Below are positions 51,626 through 62,250 of a DNA stretch of 64,000 nt, piece by piece; the stretch's first letter is position 1; every line of letters starts with the position of its first letter. The notes below the pieces were generated by a model that saw only the letters and a program-made list of their open reading frames with translations, had not been told where the DNA came from and ran no database searches. The position numbers and the translations under genes are program-made. This DNA comes from Alphaproteobacteria bacterium (GTDB taxonomy: Bacteria > Pseudomonadota > Alphaproteobacteria > JASGCL01): the NCBI GenBank assembly GCA_051010635.1, contig JBPCVJ010000001.1, forward strand, positions 9,542-73,541. The letters run 5' to 3'.

Positions 51626-52711
51626 TTATTCTAAGTTGATAATAGCACGCACCCGCCCACGATTATCAAGTGGTTGATTGTTAAGTTTTTTTAAGGTTTT
51701 GGTTTTGGGTAATAAATTATCTGCACCGACAATTTTTAACATGGATTTTTCAAGGTTACGCCCTTCAATATGACTGATGCCAGTTTTCAAATCGCTGTTG
51801 GCACATTGCCCTTTGATGGTTTCACGCTGGCCTTTTTTATTTAATCGGGTGAGGGAAACCTTGCCACATATTACAAACATATCTTTCAATGGAAAATAAT
51901 AACCTCGCCGACCGATGATGGTTTCTTTTTTTTTGGTGATAATCCTAACTCCATTTTTGGCTCTTGCCCATGATTCGCCTTCATTATATTCTAATAGTTT
52001 TTTAGCATAGATAATATTTTGTTTATCGCTGGTTTTATTTTTTTTGGTTATTACCACAACTTCCCTACCATAAAGCCAGCCGATATTATCATCAAAAAAC
52101 CATATTAAGCGATTGCCCTTGGCATCAAAGGTTTGTTCATTAATTTTAACCGCACCTGTGGCTTCTAATTCGGCAAAAGGATTTTTATTAAAATTACGGG
52201 GGTTGAATTTGGCAAGAATAATTTTGCTTTTTTTATAACGATAACCGCTGGCACGATTGGCATAAAGTATCATATCGTTATTATTATTTTTTTTGGCAAT
52301 AATTTTTGCACGATTAAAAAAATTGATTCTTTTGACCACTTCATCGTTTTTATAAAATCGGTCGGCAGAAAAAAGCATTTCTATTTTATCGGCACTGGCA
52401 AGAATTTTGTCGGTGGTTAATAGGGCAGATGTTTTTGCCACCACCCTATCAATTTTTGTTTTATGGTTGGTCGATTCGGGTTTTGAAAACAGACGCAAAG
52501 TTTCTTGGCTTTTGAGAGTCATATTGCCACGGCTTAAGATGCTATTGCCAAAACCGGTTAAATTATTTTTATCCTTATCCCATTCTATGCCGCCATCGGC
52601 AGATAATATCACATTATTAACATGGTCACTGCTTTTTTGGAAATTAAAAAAATCCTGTGCCATTGCCGCTTGAAGGCTGATGAAAAAAAATATTAAAAAC
52701 ACTATAGGCAT
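51626..52711 (-). CDS. lptA: LptA/OstA-family periplasmic LPS transport protein (about twice the usual length)
   Basis: Signal peptide ending AMAQD and OstA-like beta-jellyroll repeats (ILSADGGIEWDKDKNNLTGFGNSILSRGNMTLKS). It sits downstream of lptC. Confidence 0.7.
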   Translation of the reverse strand: MPIVFLIFFFISLQAAMAQDFFNFQKSSDHVNNVILSADGGIEWDKDKNNLTGFGNSILSRGNMTLKSQETLRLFSKPESTNHKTKIDRVVAKTSALLTTDKILASADKIEMLFSADRFYKNDEVVKRINFFNRAKIIAKKNNNNDMILYANRASGYRYKKSKIILAKFNPRNFNKNPFAELEATGAVKINEQTFDAKGNRLIWFFDDNIGWLYGREVVVITKKNKTSDKQNIIYAKKLLEYNEGESWARAKNGVRIITKKKETIIGRRGYYFPLKDMFVICGKVSLTRLNKKGQRETIKGQCANSDLKTGISHIEGRNLEKSMLKIVGADNLLPKTKTLKKLNNQPLDNRGRVRAIINLE

Positions 52712-53403
52712 TATTTTTGTGGTGCAGTAAAGATGGTCATCTGGCTTTGACCCAATAGTTTTATATTTTGTCCTTGGTTATAGATAATAATACCTTCGCC
52801 TGAGAATTCTTCACCTTCGCCCTTGCCATAAACCATCGCATCGCCACGAATCTCATTTAACCTAAAATCAACATTGAGGTTGCTGGTCGTGATATGTAAG
52901 CCATTTGCCAAATTCACATTGACATCCTTTTCCATTAATAGGGTATTTTGTTTGGTTGTTAAAATACCGATAGATGTTTTGAAATTCATCAATTCATCTA
53001 TTGCCAAACTATCAGATGGTAGCATAGCCATATTTTGGTCAGGGGTGGAGTCATCTTTTTTGCCATCTTTTTTTGCCCGCAATAACCGCCCGCTTAGGTC
53101 ATTAAAAAAAATCAAATCAGTATTATTTGCATCATTGCGGCTGATGGCACTTTTGATTTCTAGCACCCGACCATCGGTAAATTCATCACGCAATATGCCA
53201 TTTTCTATCACAATTCCCCCCACCGCTACATCATGGCTGATAGGGTTATTAGAAAAAATAGCAACTATGGCGGCGCGTAGCCCGGTATAAAACACCACCA
53301 CTGCCAACATGGCTATTGCCACCAACACCATAATTAATTTATGCCGCCAAAATCGCGTTTTTTTAAAATGCTCAAAATTATGCTTTGAAAAAAAATTTTT
53401 CAT
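52711..53403 (-). CDS. lptC: LPS export protein LptC
   Basis: 230 aa with a single N-terminal TM helix and a beta-rich periplasmic domain. It lies between kdsD and lptA. Confidence 0.7.
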   Translation of the reverse strand: MKNFFSKHNFEHFKKTRFWRHKLIMVLVAIAMLAVVVFYTGLRAAIVAIFSNNPISHDVAVGGIVIENGILRDEFTDGRVLEIKSAISRNDANNTDLIFFNDLSGRLLRAKKDGKKDDSTPDQNMAMLPSDSLAIDELMNFKTSIGILTTKQNTLLMEKDVNVNLANGLHITTSNLNVDFRLNEIRGDAMVYGKGEGEEFSGEGIIIYNQGQNIKLLGQSQMTIFTAPQK

Positions 53404-53407
53404 TGGT

Positions 53408-54436
53408 TTAGGTTTTTAAAATATCATGGATATGAATAATACCAACCACCTTATCATTTTTTTCTAAATGGGATAGGGCGGCATGGCGGGGGCGTTTATC
53501 CCCCTTGACCACGAACATGACTTGAAATTGTTTTTCATTCATCATTGCCAACACCGATGCGGTCAGGCTGTCAGCGGTGCATACCAACGGTTTTTTATTC
53601 ATAATATCCTTGACTATCAGGTTCATAACATCCTTGCCATCATATTTATCAAGCGCACGGCGTAAATCGCCATCGGTTATGATGCCATTGAGATTTTTTT
53701 TTTCATCACAAACACCGATGACGCCAAAGCGTTTTTTTGCCATCTGTAATATAGCATCTTTCATCGATAGATGATCGCCGACCAGAGGAATATCATCGCC
53801 CTGATGCATTACATCGCCCACCTGCAAAAGTTTTTTGCCAAGATAATCCCCCAAACTGCCACCAGGGTGAAGGTTATGAAATTGTTCCTCTGACAGGCCT
53901 TTTAATTCCAAAACCCCCATTGCCAAGGCATCGCCCAACCCCATGGTTTTGATGGTTGAGGTTGTGGGGGCAAGTGATAGCAACCCCGCCTCCTCACCCT
54001 TGCCTAAAGATAATACCATGTCTGCTAACTGCCCTAGGCGGTTGTTGGCATCGGCAGTGATGGCAATGATGGTGATGCGATGGGTTTTGCAAAATTGTAA
54101 GATATTAAATAGCTCGGGTGTTTCGCCCGAATTGGATATGGCTATCAATATATCGTTTGGTTGCATCATACCCAAATCCCCATGGCTGGCTTCGGTGGGG
54201 TGGATAAAAAAACTTGGGCAACCAATCGATGATAGGGTGGATGATATTTTTCGCCCTACATGCCCTGATTTTCCCACCCCTGATACGATAACCCGCCCTT
54301 GTGATTGATAGGTTTTTTCTATTGACATGACGCTTTTGACAAAATCGTCTGGTAGATGATTTGCCAAATCTAACAAAGCCTGCCCTTCGGCTTTCAGCAC
54401 CAATTTGCCTTTTTCTAAAACTGGCTGTTTGGTCAT
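53408..54436 (-). CDS. kdsD: Arabinose-5-phosphate isomerase (KdsD/KpsF), SIS plus tandem CBS domains
   Basis: VIVSGVGKSGHVGRKI, ISNSGET and two CBS repeats. Confidence 0.92.
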   Translation of the reverse strand: MTKQPVLEKGKLVLKAEGQALLDLANHLPDDFVKSVMSIEKTYQSQGRVIVSGVGKSGHVGRKISSTLSSIGCPSFFIHPTEASHGDLGMMQPNDILIAISNSGETPELFNILQFCKTHRITIIAITADANNRLGQLADMVLSLGKGEEAGLLSLAPTTSTIKTMGLGDALAMGVLELKGLSEEQFHNLHPGGSLGDYLGKKLLQVGDVMHQGDDIPLVGDHLSMKDAILQMAKKRFGVIGVCDEKKNLNGIITDGDLRRALDKYDGKDVMNLIVKDIMNKKPLVCTADSLTASVLAMMNEKQFQVMFVVKGDKRPRHAALSHLEKNDKVVGIIHIHDILKT

Positions 54437-54537
54437 GGTTATATTTTCTTTTGATTTTTGCTTTTTAACAATTTATAGATTTTATGATAAGCCTTACCAC
54501 AAAATCATAGTCTTATCAAAAGGCTTATCAAAAAAAC

Positions 54538-55749
54538 ATGACCGACCAACAGAATTATCCTTTTTATTCTAGACATTTAAGTCGGTTGGCGACCCCAATG
54601 GTTTATATCAAAAGACAAGGCGATAACCAAGATGAGATGAATTATTTTTCTTTGACCCATCGTTCGGCTTTTCAAAGGGATCGTGACCGCATCGTCCATG
54701 CGGTGAGTTTTCGCCGTTTGAAACATAAAACGCAAGTGTTTATTGCCCCTAAGGGGGACCATTATCGCACCCGTTTGACTCATAGTTTGGAGGTTGCCAC
54801 CTTGTCTCGTAGTTTGGCACGGCTATTTGGTCTGGATGAAGATTTAAGCGAAGCGGTGGCTTTGGCACATGATATTGGTCACCCGCCATTTGGTCATGTG
54901 GGGGAACAGGCTTTGGATGATTTGTTAAAAAAACATGGCGATGGTTTTGACCATAATGAACAGGCTTTGCGTTGTTTGATGTTATTTGAAACCCGCTACC
55001 CGAATTTTCAAGGGCTTAATCTAACCAATGAAACTTTGCTTAACATTGCCAAACATAATGGTCCCTTTTATGTTAATAATGAAACCCCACCACCGATGGT
55101 GCAAAAACTTGCCAGATGGTTGGGGAAAGATGCACTTGCTAGCCAAGCGGGGCTTGAGGGGCAACTGGCAAGCCTGTGCGATGATATAGCCTATAATGCC
55201 CATGATATTGATGATGGGTTTCGTGCGGATATTTTAACCTATGATGATATTATTCAACAACCAGCCTTAAAGGATATTGCGGTTGAGATTTCATCATCAT
55301 CCGATGATGAAAAAATGATCATCAGTAGCCTTACTCGCCGATTCATTAATCGTATGATGATGGATGTTTATCAACAAACCCTTGCCAATGTTCAAACATT
55401 AGCCAACCCCTCATGGCAAGCCATCATTGATAATGAAACTATGGTGGCGAGTTTTTCACCCAAGATGGCTGATGATATAAAACATATCAAAAAATTTTTA
55501 TATCATAAATTATATAAATCCCCCGCATTGACAGGGCAAGGTAAATCTGTGCCCAATATTATTATCAGCTTGTTTCGTGATGCTTATGATGATTTTGAAT
55601 GGTGTGCCAAATACCCTGATAAAAAAGAAAGGTTGATAGCCATCAAAGATTATATAGCGGGTATGACCGATAATTTTGCCTTGCGAAAATATCAATATAT
55701 AACCAACATCCCTGATAAAGATTTGCCTTTTTCGCCTATAAGATTTTAG
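54538..55749 (+). CDS. dgt: dGTP triphosphohydrolase-like HD-domain protein
   Basis: FQRDRDRIVHAVSFRRLKHKTQVF, RLTHSLEV and AHDIGHPPFGH. Confidence 0.9.
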   Translation: MTDQQNYPFYSRHLSRLATPMVYIKRQGDNQDEMNYFSLTHRSAFQRDRDRIVHAVSFRRLKHKTQVFIAPKGDHYRTRLTHSLEVATLSRSLARLFGLDEDLSEAVALAHDIGHPPFGHVGEQALDDLLKKHGDGFDHNEQALRCLMLFETRYPNFQGLNLTNETLLNIAKHNGPFYVNNETPPPMVQKLARWLGKDALASQAGLEGQLASLCDDIAYNAHDIDDGFRADILTYDDIIQQPALKDIAVEISSSSDDEKMIISSLTRRFINRMMMDVYQQTLANVQTLANPSWQAIIDNETMVASFSPKMADDIKHIKKFLYHKLYKSPALTGQGKSVPNIIISLFRDAYDDFEWCAKYPDKKERLIAIKDYIAGMTDNFALRKYQYITNIPDKDLPFSPIRF

Positions 55750-55811
55750 ATTGCTTTTTGGGCGGTGATTTTGATATGGGTTTTGGGTAGATTTTTGCTA
55801 TGAACAAGAAT

Positions 55812-55886
55812 GCCGGATTAGCTCAGGGGTAGAGCAGCGGTTTTGTAAACCGTTGGTCGGGGGTTCAATTCCCTCATCCGGCACCA
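55812..55886 (+). tRNA. tRNA-Thr (anticodon UGU)
   Basis: Hand-folded cloverleaf with acceptor gccggat/atccggc, anticodon loop ttTGTaa, T-arm ggggg-ttcaatt-ccctc, and an encoded ACCA. Confidence 0.92.
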
Positions 55887-55917
55887 TCTTTTGGTTATTG
55901 TTTTGCCAAAATATATT

Positions 55918-56817
55918 TTATTCACCATCAAAAGGCGTTTTTTTTAAATTATCAGGCAGATAATAATAAGAAAGTGGCGTGCCATTGATACGGGTCATGG
56001 TGAGGGATGGTTTGATAAAAGGGGTGTCGGCAGAAATTTCTAACGGCAAGGCGAATCTTTTATCAACCCGAAAATAGATAATGGATTTTTTGCCTCTGGC
56101 TTGCCGTTCAAATTTTTTTAAAAACCCGCCCACCCGTTGAAATTCAGCTACGCACATATTGGGGTTGGTTTTGTCAGGTGATAATTTTATGCGTGCGAGG
56201 CGAAAACCATCCCAAGTTAAAAGGCTTTGGCGGCAAGCCAAGCTTTGCCCGCCCTTTTGATATTGTGCCATCAGGGTTAATAATGCCGAAACAATATCAT
56301 AAGATTCTTTTAATAATCGCTTGTCAACGGGTGTGAGGGCCCTTTTGCGCGGTGGCGGGTATGAGGTGGTAACGGGGGATTGCCCACCACGCGGATATTT
56401 GACCAATATTTCATATTTTTTTTTGCCGACTTGGAAAAAACCACGCATTTCACGGGTAAGAAAACGCCCATTGACAAGACGCCCTTTTATCTGTTGGCGA
56501 CCCGCCGCTTTAAAAATCGCCGCCCAAGGCGAAATGACATTAAATTCGGCACGGGCTTGATAGGTGCGGTTGCGGTTAATTTTTAACCAAAATGTCGCAT
56601 CGGCAGCGGGCAAACCTTCAACGGTAGATCTAAAATCATAGCGATATTCTTTATAGCGGGGGTCGGTTTCTTTGGCAGATTTTTTGATAGATTCTTGTCG
56701 AAAACTATCCAATGGAATTTGACTATTTTTTTGAATACGCCCCCATTTGGGAATAATGGAACAACCGCTTAAACTCAAAAGCAAAATAATAGCAATTAAA
56801 CATCTTCCCACCTTCAT
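55918..56817 (-). CDS. Hypothetical lipoprotein (DUF3108-like by pattern)
   Basis: Lipobox LLSLSGC at residues 13-19 and a beta-rich body. The family call is tentative. Confidence 0.45.
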   Translation of the reverse strand: MKVGRCLIAIILLLSLSGCSIIPKWGRIQKNSQIPLDSFRQESIKKSAKETDPRYKEYRYDFRSTVEGLPAADATFWLKINRNRTYQARAEFNVISPWAAIFKAAGRQQIKGRLVNGRFLTREMRGFFQVGKKKYEILVKYPRGGQSPVTTSYPPPRKRALTPVDKRLLKESYDIVSALLTLMAQYQKGGQSLACRQSLLTWDGFRLARIKLSPDKTNPNMCVAEFQRVGGFLKKFERQARGKKSIIYFRVDKRFALPLEISADTPFIKPSLTMTRINGTPLSYYYLPDNLKKTPFDGE

Positions 56818-56877
56818 GGGGTGTAATATAACAAAAAATTATTTTTATTACAACTTAAGTGTTGTTCGGGATTTATT

Positions 56878-57630
56878 TTAAAAATTAATCCCTAATCCCA
56901 CACCTACATATAATGATAATGGTCCCGCCTTGCTGGTATATTGTATATTACCAGCGGTTTCGCTCGCATTGACCGAACCTTCGCTACCAAAATAATCAAC
57001 ATCCTTTAAGGCGTGGATATAGCGGGCATTAATATCAAAATGTAAAAACCCATCATCATATTCTATAGTCATGATGGGGGCGATGATAAACCCTACATCA
57101 TCTTTTACAATGCCATTGGTGACTCCATCAATAGATTCATATTCCATATCAGAAAGGCTGAATCCTAAACCAAGCCCTAGTCTTAAGCCCCATTTTTTAT
57201 CTTTACCCAAATTAAATTTATAACTGGGGGTGAAGGCGATGGTATGGTATAGTGCGGTGAAATTATAATTTCTGGTTGTGTCGTCCGCCAGGGCCCCAGC
57301 CCAATGATGGGTCAAACCCAAATAATCGGTGGAAATTCCAAACCCTGATGCATGGGTATAGCCCAATGAACCACCATAACCTACCCCATTTGCCCCAAGC
57401 GATGGATGCGACCCCGCATCATTCCCATTTTCATATTTATGCCACATGCCAGCAAAATAATAAACATAACCCACATCAAATTTTAGGCTTAACACCCCAT
57501 CAATGTCTTTTGCCAGTAGGGTGGTTTTTTTATCTTGCGCCATAACGGGCATGGCAAAAGCAACCATCAAACCAGCCACCAGCCAGTGGAACAGGCGGTG
57601 ATGAGGATTAACATTGCGTTTTTTTATCAT
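56878..57630 (-). CDS. Outer-membrane beta-barrel protein (porin/OmpA-beta-like)
   Basis: Signal peptide ending VMAQD, alternating aromatic/Gly strands, and a C-terminal GLGINF. The start is trimmed to the ATG at 57630. Confidence 0.65.
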   Translation of the reverse strand: MIKKRNVNPHHRLFHWLVAGLMVAFAMPVMAQDKKTTLLAKDIDGVLSLKFDVGYVYYFAGMWHKYENGNDAGSHPSLGANGVGYGGSLGYTHASGFGISTDYLGLTHHWAGALADDTTRNYNFTALYHTIAFTPSYKFNLGKDKKWGLRLGLGLGFSLSDMEYESIDGVTNGIVKDDVGFIIAPIMTIEYDDGFLHFDINARYIHALKDVDYFGSEGSVNASETAGNIQYTSKAGPLSLYVGVGLGINF

Positions 57631-57766
57631 TTGGTTTTTTTGTGCGATGATCGATATTGTAAGAAGCCAAGCATATTCTGTCAAACTATATTATGTCAAT
57701 GGGGAAAAACTTAAATGGTTTTTTTAGCACTTTACAAAAAAGGCAAACATCTTTAAAGAATGATAT

Positions 57767-58345
57767 ATGAAAAATAATTTTTCCACATCGCTTAGGGGTT
57801 TTGCCGCCATTACCCATGGGTTATCGGCATTGGTATCTGGGCTGGCGTTGTTAAAAATTTTTGGTGGGGTTTTGTTGATTTATGCCGCCGCGCATATTAG
57901 CATTCCCATTCAGCCTGTGCCTGTGACTTTACAAACCCTGGCGGTTTTATTGTTGGCATTGACATATGGGCGGTGGGAATCTTTGGCAAGTATTATAACC
58001 TATGTGGGTGCGGGGATGATGGGGGCACCGATTTTTGCGGGTGGTAAATTTGGTGCAATGGTTTTGTTATCGCCAACTGGTGGTTATATTATTGGTTTTG
58101 TGGTGGCAGTTTTTTTGGTGGGTTTGATAAAAGAAAAATGGCAATGTAAAAAATTCTTGCCATTGTTGTTTGCCAGTTTAAGCGGGTTGGTAGCTATTTT
58201 TACTTTTGGTATGATGTGGCTTTTTTATTTATTTGGTTTTGATAAGGCGATAGCGGTTGGTTTAGTGCCTTTTATTTTGCCCGAACTGGTGAAGGCATTT
58301 TTGTTGGCGGGCGCACTTTTTGCGGTTGGATTTTTTAAAAAATAA
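57767..58345 (+). CDS. bioY: Biotin transporter BioY (solitary S-component)
   Basis: 192 aa with six TM helices and PIQPVPVTLQTLAVLL...GAPIFAGG. Confidence 0.88.
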   Translation: MKNNFSTSLRGFAAITHGLSALVSGLALLKIFGGVLLIYAAAHISIPIQPVPVTLQTLAVLLLALTYGRWESLASIITYVGAGMMGAPIFAGGKFGAMVLLSPTGGYIIGFVVAVFLVGLIKEKWQCKKFLPLLFASLSGLVAIFTFGMMWLFYLFGFDKAIAVGLVPFILPELVKAFLLAGALFAVGFFKK

Positions 58346-58415
58346 TTTTTTTTAAATTTTTATTGTGGTAGCTGGTCATAGTTGATTTTTTGCGGGGCAT
58401 TTTGTATAGCAGGCT

Positions 58416-60581
58416 ATGCCTCTTGTGAAAGTAAAAATAAACCATCAGGAGATAGAAGTTGATTCGTCTTTTAGCGTGCTTCAGGCTTGCGAGCAAGCGG
58501 GGATAGAAATTCCACGATTTTGTTATCATGATAGATTATCTATAGCGGGTAATTGTCGTATGTGTTTGGTGGAGGTGAAGCCCGGTCCGCCAAAGCCCCA
58601 AGCCTCTTGTGCCTTGCCGATATCTGCCAATATGGAAATTTTTACCAATACCCCAATGGTCATGGAGGCACGGGCGGGGGTGATGGAATTTTTGCTTATC
58701 AACCACCCGCTTGATTGCCCGATATGCGACCAAGGTGGGCAATGTGATTTGCAAGATCAAGCGATGGGTTATGGCAAGGTGCGGTCGCGTTATCGTGAGG
58801 CTAAAAGGGCGGTTGCCGATAAGGATTTTGGTCCCTTGGTGGCAACCGTGATGACCCGTTGTATCCATTGCACCAGATGTGTGCGTTTTACCGAAGAGGT
58901 GGCAGGTGTGCCCGATATTGGTTTATTGGGGCGTGGCGAGTCTGCCGAGATTTCATCATTGGAAAAATTAGTGTCATCGGAATTATCGGGTAATGTGATA
59001 GATTTATGCCCAGTCGGGGCATTGACTTCAAAGCCTGCTCAATTTTCGGCACGGCATTGGGAAATGCAAAAAACACCGGGGCTTGATCTATCGGATGCTA
59101 TGGGAGCAAACATTGTTTTTGGTAATCGCGGTGATGAAATTTTTTCTATCACCCCTCGCTTGAATGAAACGGTGAATGAAGAATGGTTGTCTGACCGTGC
59201 CCGTTTTTTGTTTGATGGTCTTAAATACCAACGGCTTGACCAACCATTTATGAAAACATCTGGTAAATTGATGCCAAGCGATTGGCGGTCGGTTATCGAT
59301 GTGATGGGCAATAGACTGCAAAAAATATCTGGTGATGAGGTGGCAGTGGTATTTGGTGGTGAAACCAATTTGGAAAATATGTTGGCTTTACAAAAATTAT
59401 TCTCTGCTATTTATCCTGATGATAAAGCCAAACCCCATTTTGAATGTCGCTTGGCGGATGAAAAATTACCTGCCAATATGCCAGCTCAATATATGATGAA
59501 TGATGGGTTTGATGGGGTGGAATCATGCGATGTGTTGTTGTTGGTGGGAGTGAATCCCCGTTGGGATGCCGCGGTGTGGAATGCAAGGATTAGAAAATCT
59601 TATTTGCGTCAAACCTTAGAGGGCAATGATATGGCTATCTATCGCTTGGGTACTATGATCGATAAAAATTATGACCTAACCTATCCTTACGAATATCTGG
59701 GCGATGAGGTAAAAACGCTATATGATATTTTATCAGGGCAACATCGATTGGCAAAAAAATTATCGCTTGCCAAAAAACCGATGTTGGTTTTGGGCAATAA
59801 TGGCGGCAAAGATGGGGCAGGGATTTTATCCCTTGCCAATCAAATTGCAGCAAAATATAAAATGGGTTTTAATTATTTACCCAGTAACATGGCAATGGTG
59901 GGGGGAATGATATTGGGGGCACATCTTGATAAACCGCTTGAACATGCAACCGAATTTTTGCGTGAGCGATTACACAATGGCAAAATAAAATTATTATGGT
60001 TGGTTGGGGTGGATGATGGTGTGTTGTTTGAAAAAAAATGGGATAGAAAAAACACCACCATTATTTATCAAGGTAGCCACGGCGACCGCGGCGCCAATAT
60101 AGCCGATGTGATATTGCCAGCACCTTCTAATTGGGGCGAACAGGCAGGAATTTATATCAATGGATCAGGGTTGTTGCAAAATAATTTTCAAAGCATCTCT
60201 GCGAAAAAAAATGCCAAACCCGAATGGTTGGTGGCTTTGGCATTGGCTGAAATATTATCGCTGAAATTGGATTTTTATGATGAACATCAATTGCGTGCTA
60301 TGGTGCTGGCTTTTATGGCGGATAGGGGGCTAAAAGATGGCAGTAAAATGATGGCGGAATTTACCCCGCTTGATGATGATGCCCAGCTTAGTGATAAGGC
60401 AAAATTTATCGGGCGATTTACCAAACCAACATTGGCTGGTAAGGCTATTGAAAATTTTGGCAATAATTTTTATCAATCATCGGCTATTACCCGTGCATCG
60501 CCTACAATGGCAGAATGCGAAAGAGTTTTTCTTGATGGGTATTTTGATAAAAAACCTTTCAAATCATCACGGGCGGCATAA
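58416..60581 (+). CDS. nuoG: NADH-quinone oxidoreductase subunit G
   Basis: 2Fe-2S and 4Fe-4S Cys clusters (CYHDRLSIAGNCRMC, HPLDCPICDQGGQCDLQ, CIHCTRCVRF). Confidence 0.96.
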   Translation: MPLVKVKINHQEIEVDSSFSVLQACEQAGIEIPRFCYHDRLSIAGNCRMCLVEVKPGPPKPQASCALPISANMEIFTNTPMVMEARAGVMEFLLINHPLDCPICDQGGQCDLQDQAMGYGKVRSRYREAKRAVADKDFGPLVATVMTRCIHCTRCVRFTEEVAGVPDIGLLGRGESAEISSLEKLVSSELSGNVIDLCPVGALTSKPAQFSARHWEMQKTPGLDLSDAMGANIVFGNRGDEIFSITPRLNETVNEEWLSDRARFLFDGLKYQRLDQPFMKTSGKLMPSDWRSVIDVMGNRLQKISGDEVAVVFGGETNLENMLALQKLFSAIYPDDKAKPHFECRLADEKLPANMPAQYMMNDGFDGVESCDVLLLVGVNPRWDAAVWNARIRKSYLRQTLEGNDMAIYRLGTMIDKNYDLTYPYEYLGDEVKTLYDILSGQHRLAKKLSLAKKPMLVLGNNGGKDGAGILSLANQIAAKYKMGFNYLPSNMAMVGGMILGAHLDKPLEHATEFLRERLHNGKIKLLWLVGVDDGVLFEKKWDRKNTTIIYQGSHGDRGANIADVILPAPSNWGEQAGIYINGSGLLQNNFQSISAKKNAKPEWLVALALAEILSLKLDFYDEHQLRAMVLAFMADRGLKDGSKMMAEFTPLDDDAQLSDKAKFIGRFTKPTLAGKAIENFGNNFYQSSAITRASPTMAECERVFLDGYFDKKPFKSSRAA

Positions 60582-60602
60582 TAAACTTTTAAGAAAAAAA
60601 CC

Positions 60603-61661
60603 ATGGTTGACTATTTAACATCGCTGTTGGAATTATTGTCAGATAATGATTTTTGGTTAAATGGCGGGGCGGCAGCTATAGCTTATTTTGTAGTGACTGT
60701 ATTGGCAGTGGTGGCAATTATTGTGCCATTGCTGTTGGCAGTGGCTTATATGACCTATGCCGAAAGAAAAGTTTTGGGGGCCATGCAAAGGCGTATGGGA
60801 CCCAATGTGGTAGGGCCTTTGGGGTTGTTTCAACCTTTTGCCGATGGTTTGAAATTATTGTTGAAAGAAACCATATTACCGACCAAAGCCAATAAATTTT
60901 TATTTTATTTTGCCCCCATCATTACCTTTGGTCTTTCGCTATCGGCTTGGGCGGTTATTCCTTTTCAAAAAGATTTGGTGTTGGCGAATATCAATTTGGG
61001 TGTGTTGTATCTTTTTGCCATTTCATCCCTATCGGTTTATGGCATTATTATAGCGGGTTGGGCATCAAATTCTTCTTATGCTTTTTTGGGGGCATTGCGT
61101 TCGGCGGCGCAGATGGTATCTTATGAAGTGTCTATCGGCTTTGTGCTTTGTGCTTTGTTGTTGGCAGTGGGGTCGTTGAATTTGAGCCAAGTGGTGGAAA
61201 GCCAAAAAAATATCTGGTTTGTTTTTCCATTTTTGCCCTTGTTTGTTATTTTTATTATCTCGGCATTGGCAGAAACCAACCGCGCACCATTTGATCTACC
61301 CGAAGCCGAAGCCGAATTGGTGTCGGGTTATCATGTTGAATATTCGGCAATGACCTTTGCCCTGTTCTATCTTGCCGAATATGCCAATATGATATTATTG
61401 AGCGCCATGGCATCAATTTTATTTTTGGGTGGGTGGTTGCCACCTTTTGATGTAGCACCTTTTAATTGGTTGCCCGGTATTGTGTGGTTCTTTTTGAAAA
61501 CGGCAATGATTTTATTTTTCTTTATTTGGGTGCGGGCGGCTTTTCCCCGTTATCGTTATGATCAATTGATGCGACTTGGTTGGAAGGTTTTTTTACCCAT
61601 GTCGCTTTTTTGGTTGGTTGCCACCAGTTTTGTTTTATTTTATTTTGACCTTTTGCCATAA
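60603..61661 (+). CDS. nuoH: NADH-quinone oxidoreductase subunit H
   Basis: [16 protein letters not shown] and [17 protein letters not shown]. Confidence 0.96.
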   Translation: MVDYLTSLLELLSDNDFWLNGGAAAIAYFVVTVLAVVAIIVPLLLAVAYMTYAERKVLGAMQRRMGPNVVGPLGLFQPFADGLKLLLKETILPTKANKFLFYFAPIITFGLSLSAWAVIPFQKDLVLANINLGVLYLFAISSLSVYGIIIAGWASNSSYAFLGALRSAAQMVSYEVSIGFVLCALLLAVGSLNLSQVVESQKNIWFVFPFLPLFVIFIISALAETNRAPFDLPEAEAELVSGYHVEYSAMTFALFYLAEYANMILLSAMASILFLGGWLPPFDVAPFNWLPGIVWFFLKTAMILFFFIWVRAAFPRYRYDQLMRLGWKVFLPMSLFWLVATSFVLFYFDLLP

Positions 61662-61694
61662 AAATTCTTATAAAAAATTTATGAAAGAAAAAAC

Positions 61695-62225
61695 ATGAAA
61701 AAACCAAGAAAAAAATTTCGCCTATTGCATCGCTTGTTTGTTATTAGCCAGCATAGTATTTTTGCTCCCCTGTTGGCAGAGTTGGTGAAGGGGTTGGCTT
61801 TGGTTTTTCGTCAGATGTTTAAAAAACCCTATACCATCAATTACCCTTATGAAAAAGGTCCCCTATCGCCGCGTTTTCGTGGCGAGCATGCTTTGCGTCG
61901 TTATCCCAATGGTGAGGAACGCTGTATCGCTTGTAAATTATGCGAAGCCGTTTGCCCTGCTGGGGCTATCACCATCGAAGCCGAAGAAAGGCAAGATGGC
62001 TCACGCCGCACCACCCGTTATGATATTGATATGTTAAAATGCATCTATTGCGGTTTGTGTCAGGAATCTTGCCCAGTGGATGCGATTGTGCAAGGGTCAA
62101 ATTTTGAATTTTCTGGCTTTACCAAAAATGAATTTTTATATAACAAAGAAAAATTACTTGCCAACGGCGACCGTTGGGAGGCACAACTTGCTAAAAACAT
62201 TGAATTAGATAAACCCTATCGTTAA
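61695..62225 (+). CDS. nuoI: NADH-quinone oxidoreductase subunit I
   Basis: Two 4Fe-4S ferredoxin motifs, [12 protein letters not shown] and [12 protein letters not shown]. Confidence 0.96.
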   Translation: MKKPRKKFRLLHRLFVISQHSIFAPLLAELVKGLALVFRQMFKKPYTINYPYEKGPLSPRFRGEHALRRYPNGEERCIACKLCEAVCPAGAITIEAEERQDGSRRTTRYDIDMLKCIYCGLCQESCPVDAIVQGSNFEFSGFTKNEFLYNKEKLLANGDRWEAQLAKNIELDKPYR

Positions 62226-62250
62226 AAATTTTTTTTGAAGGAAAAAAACC

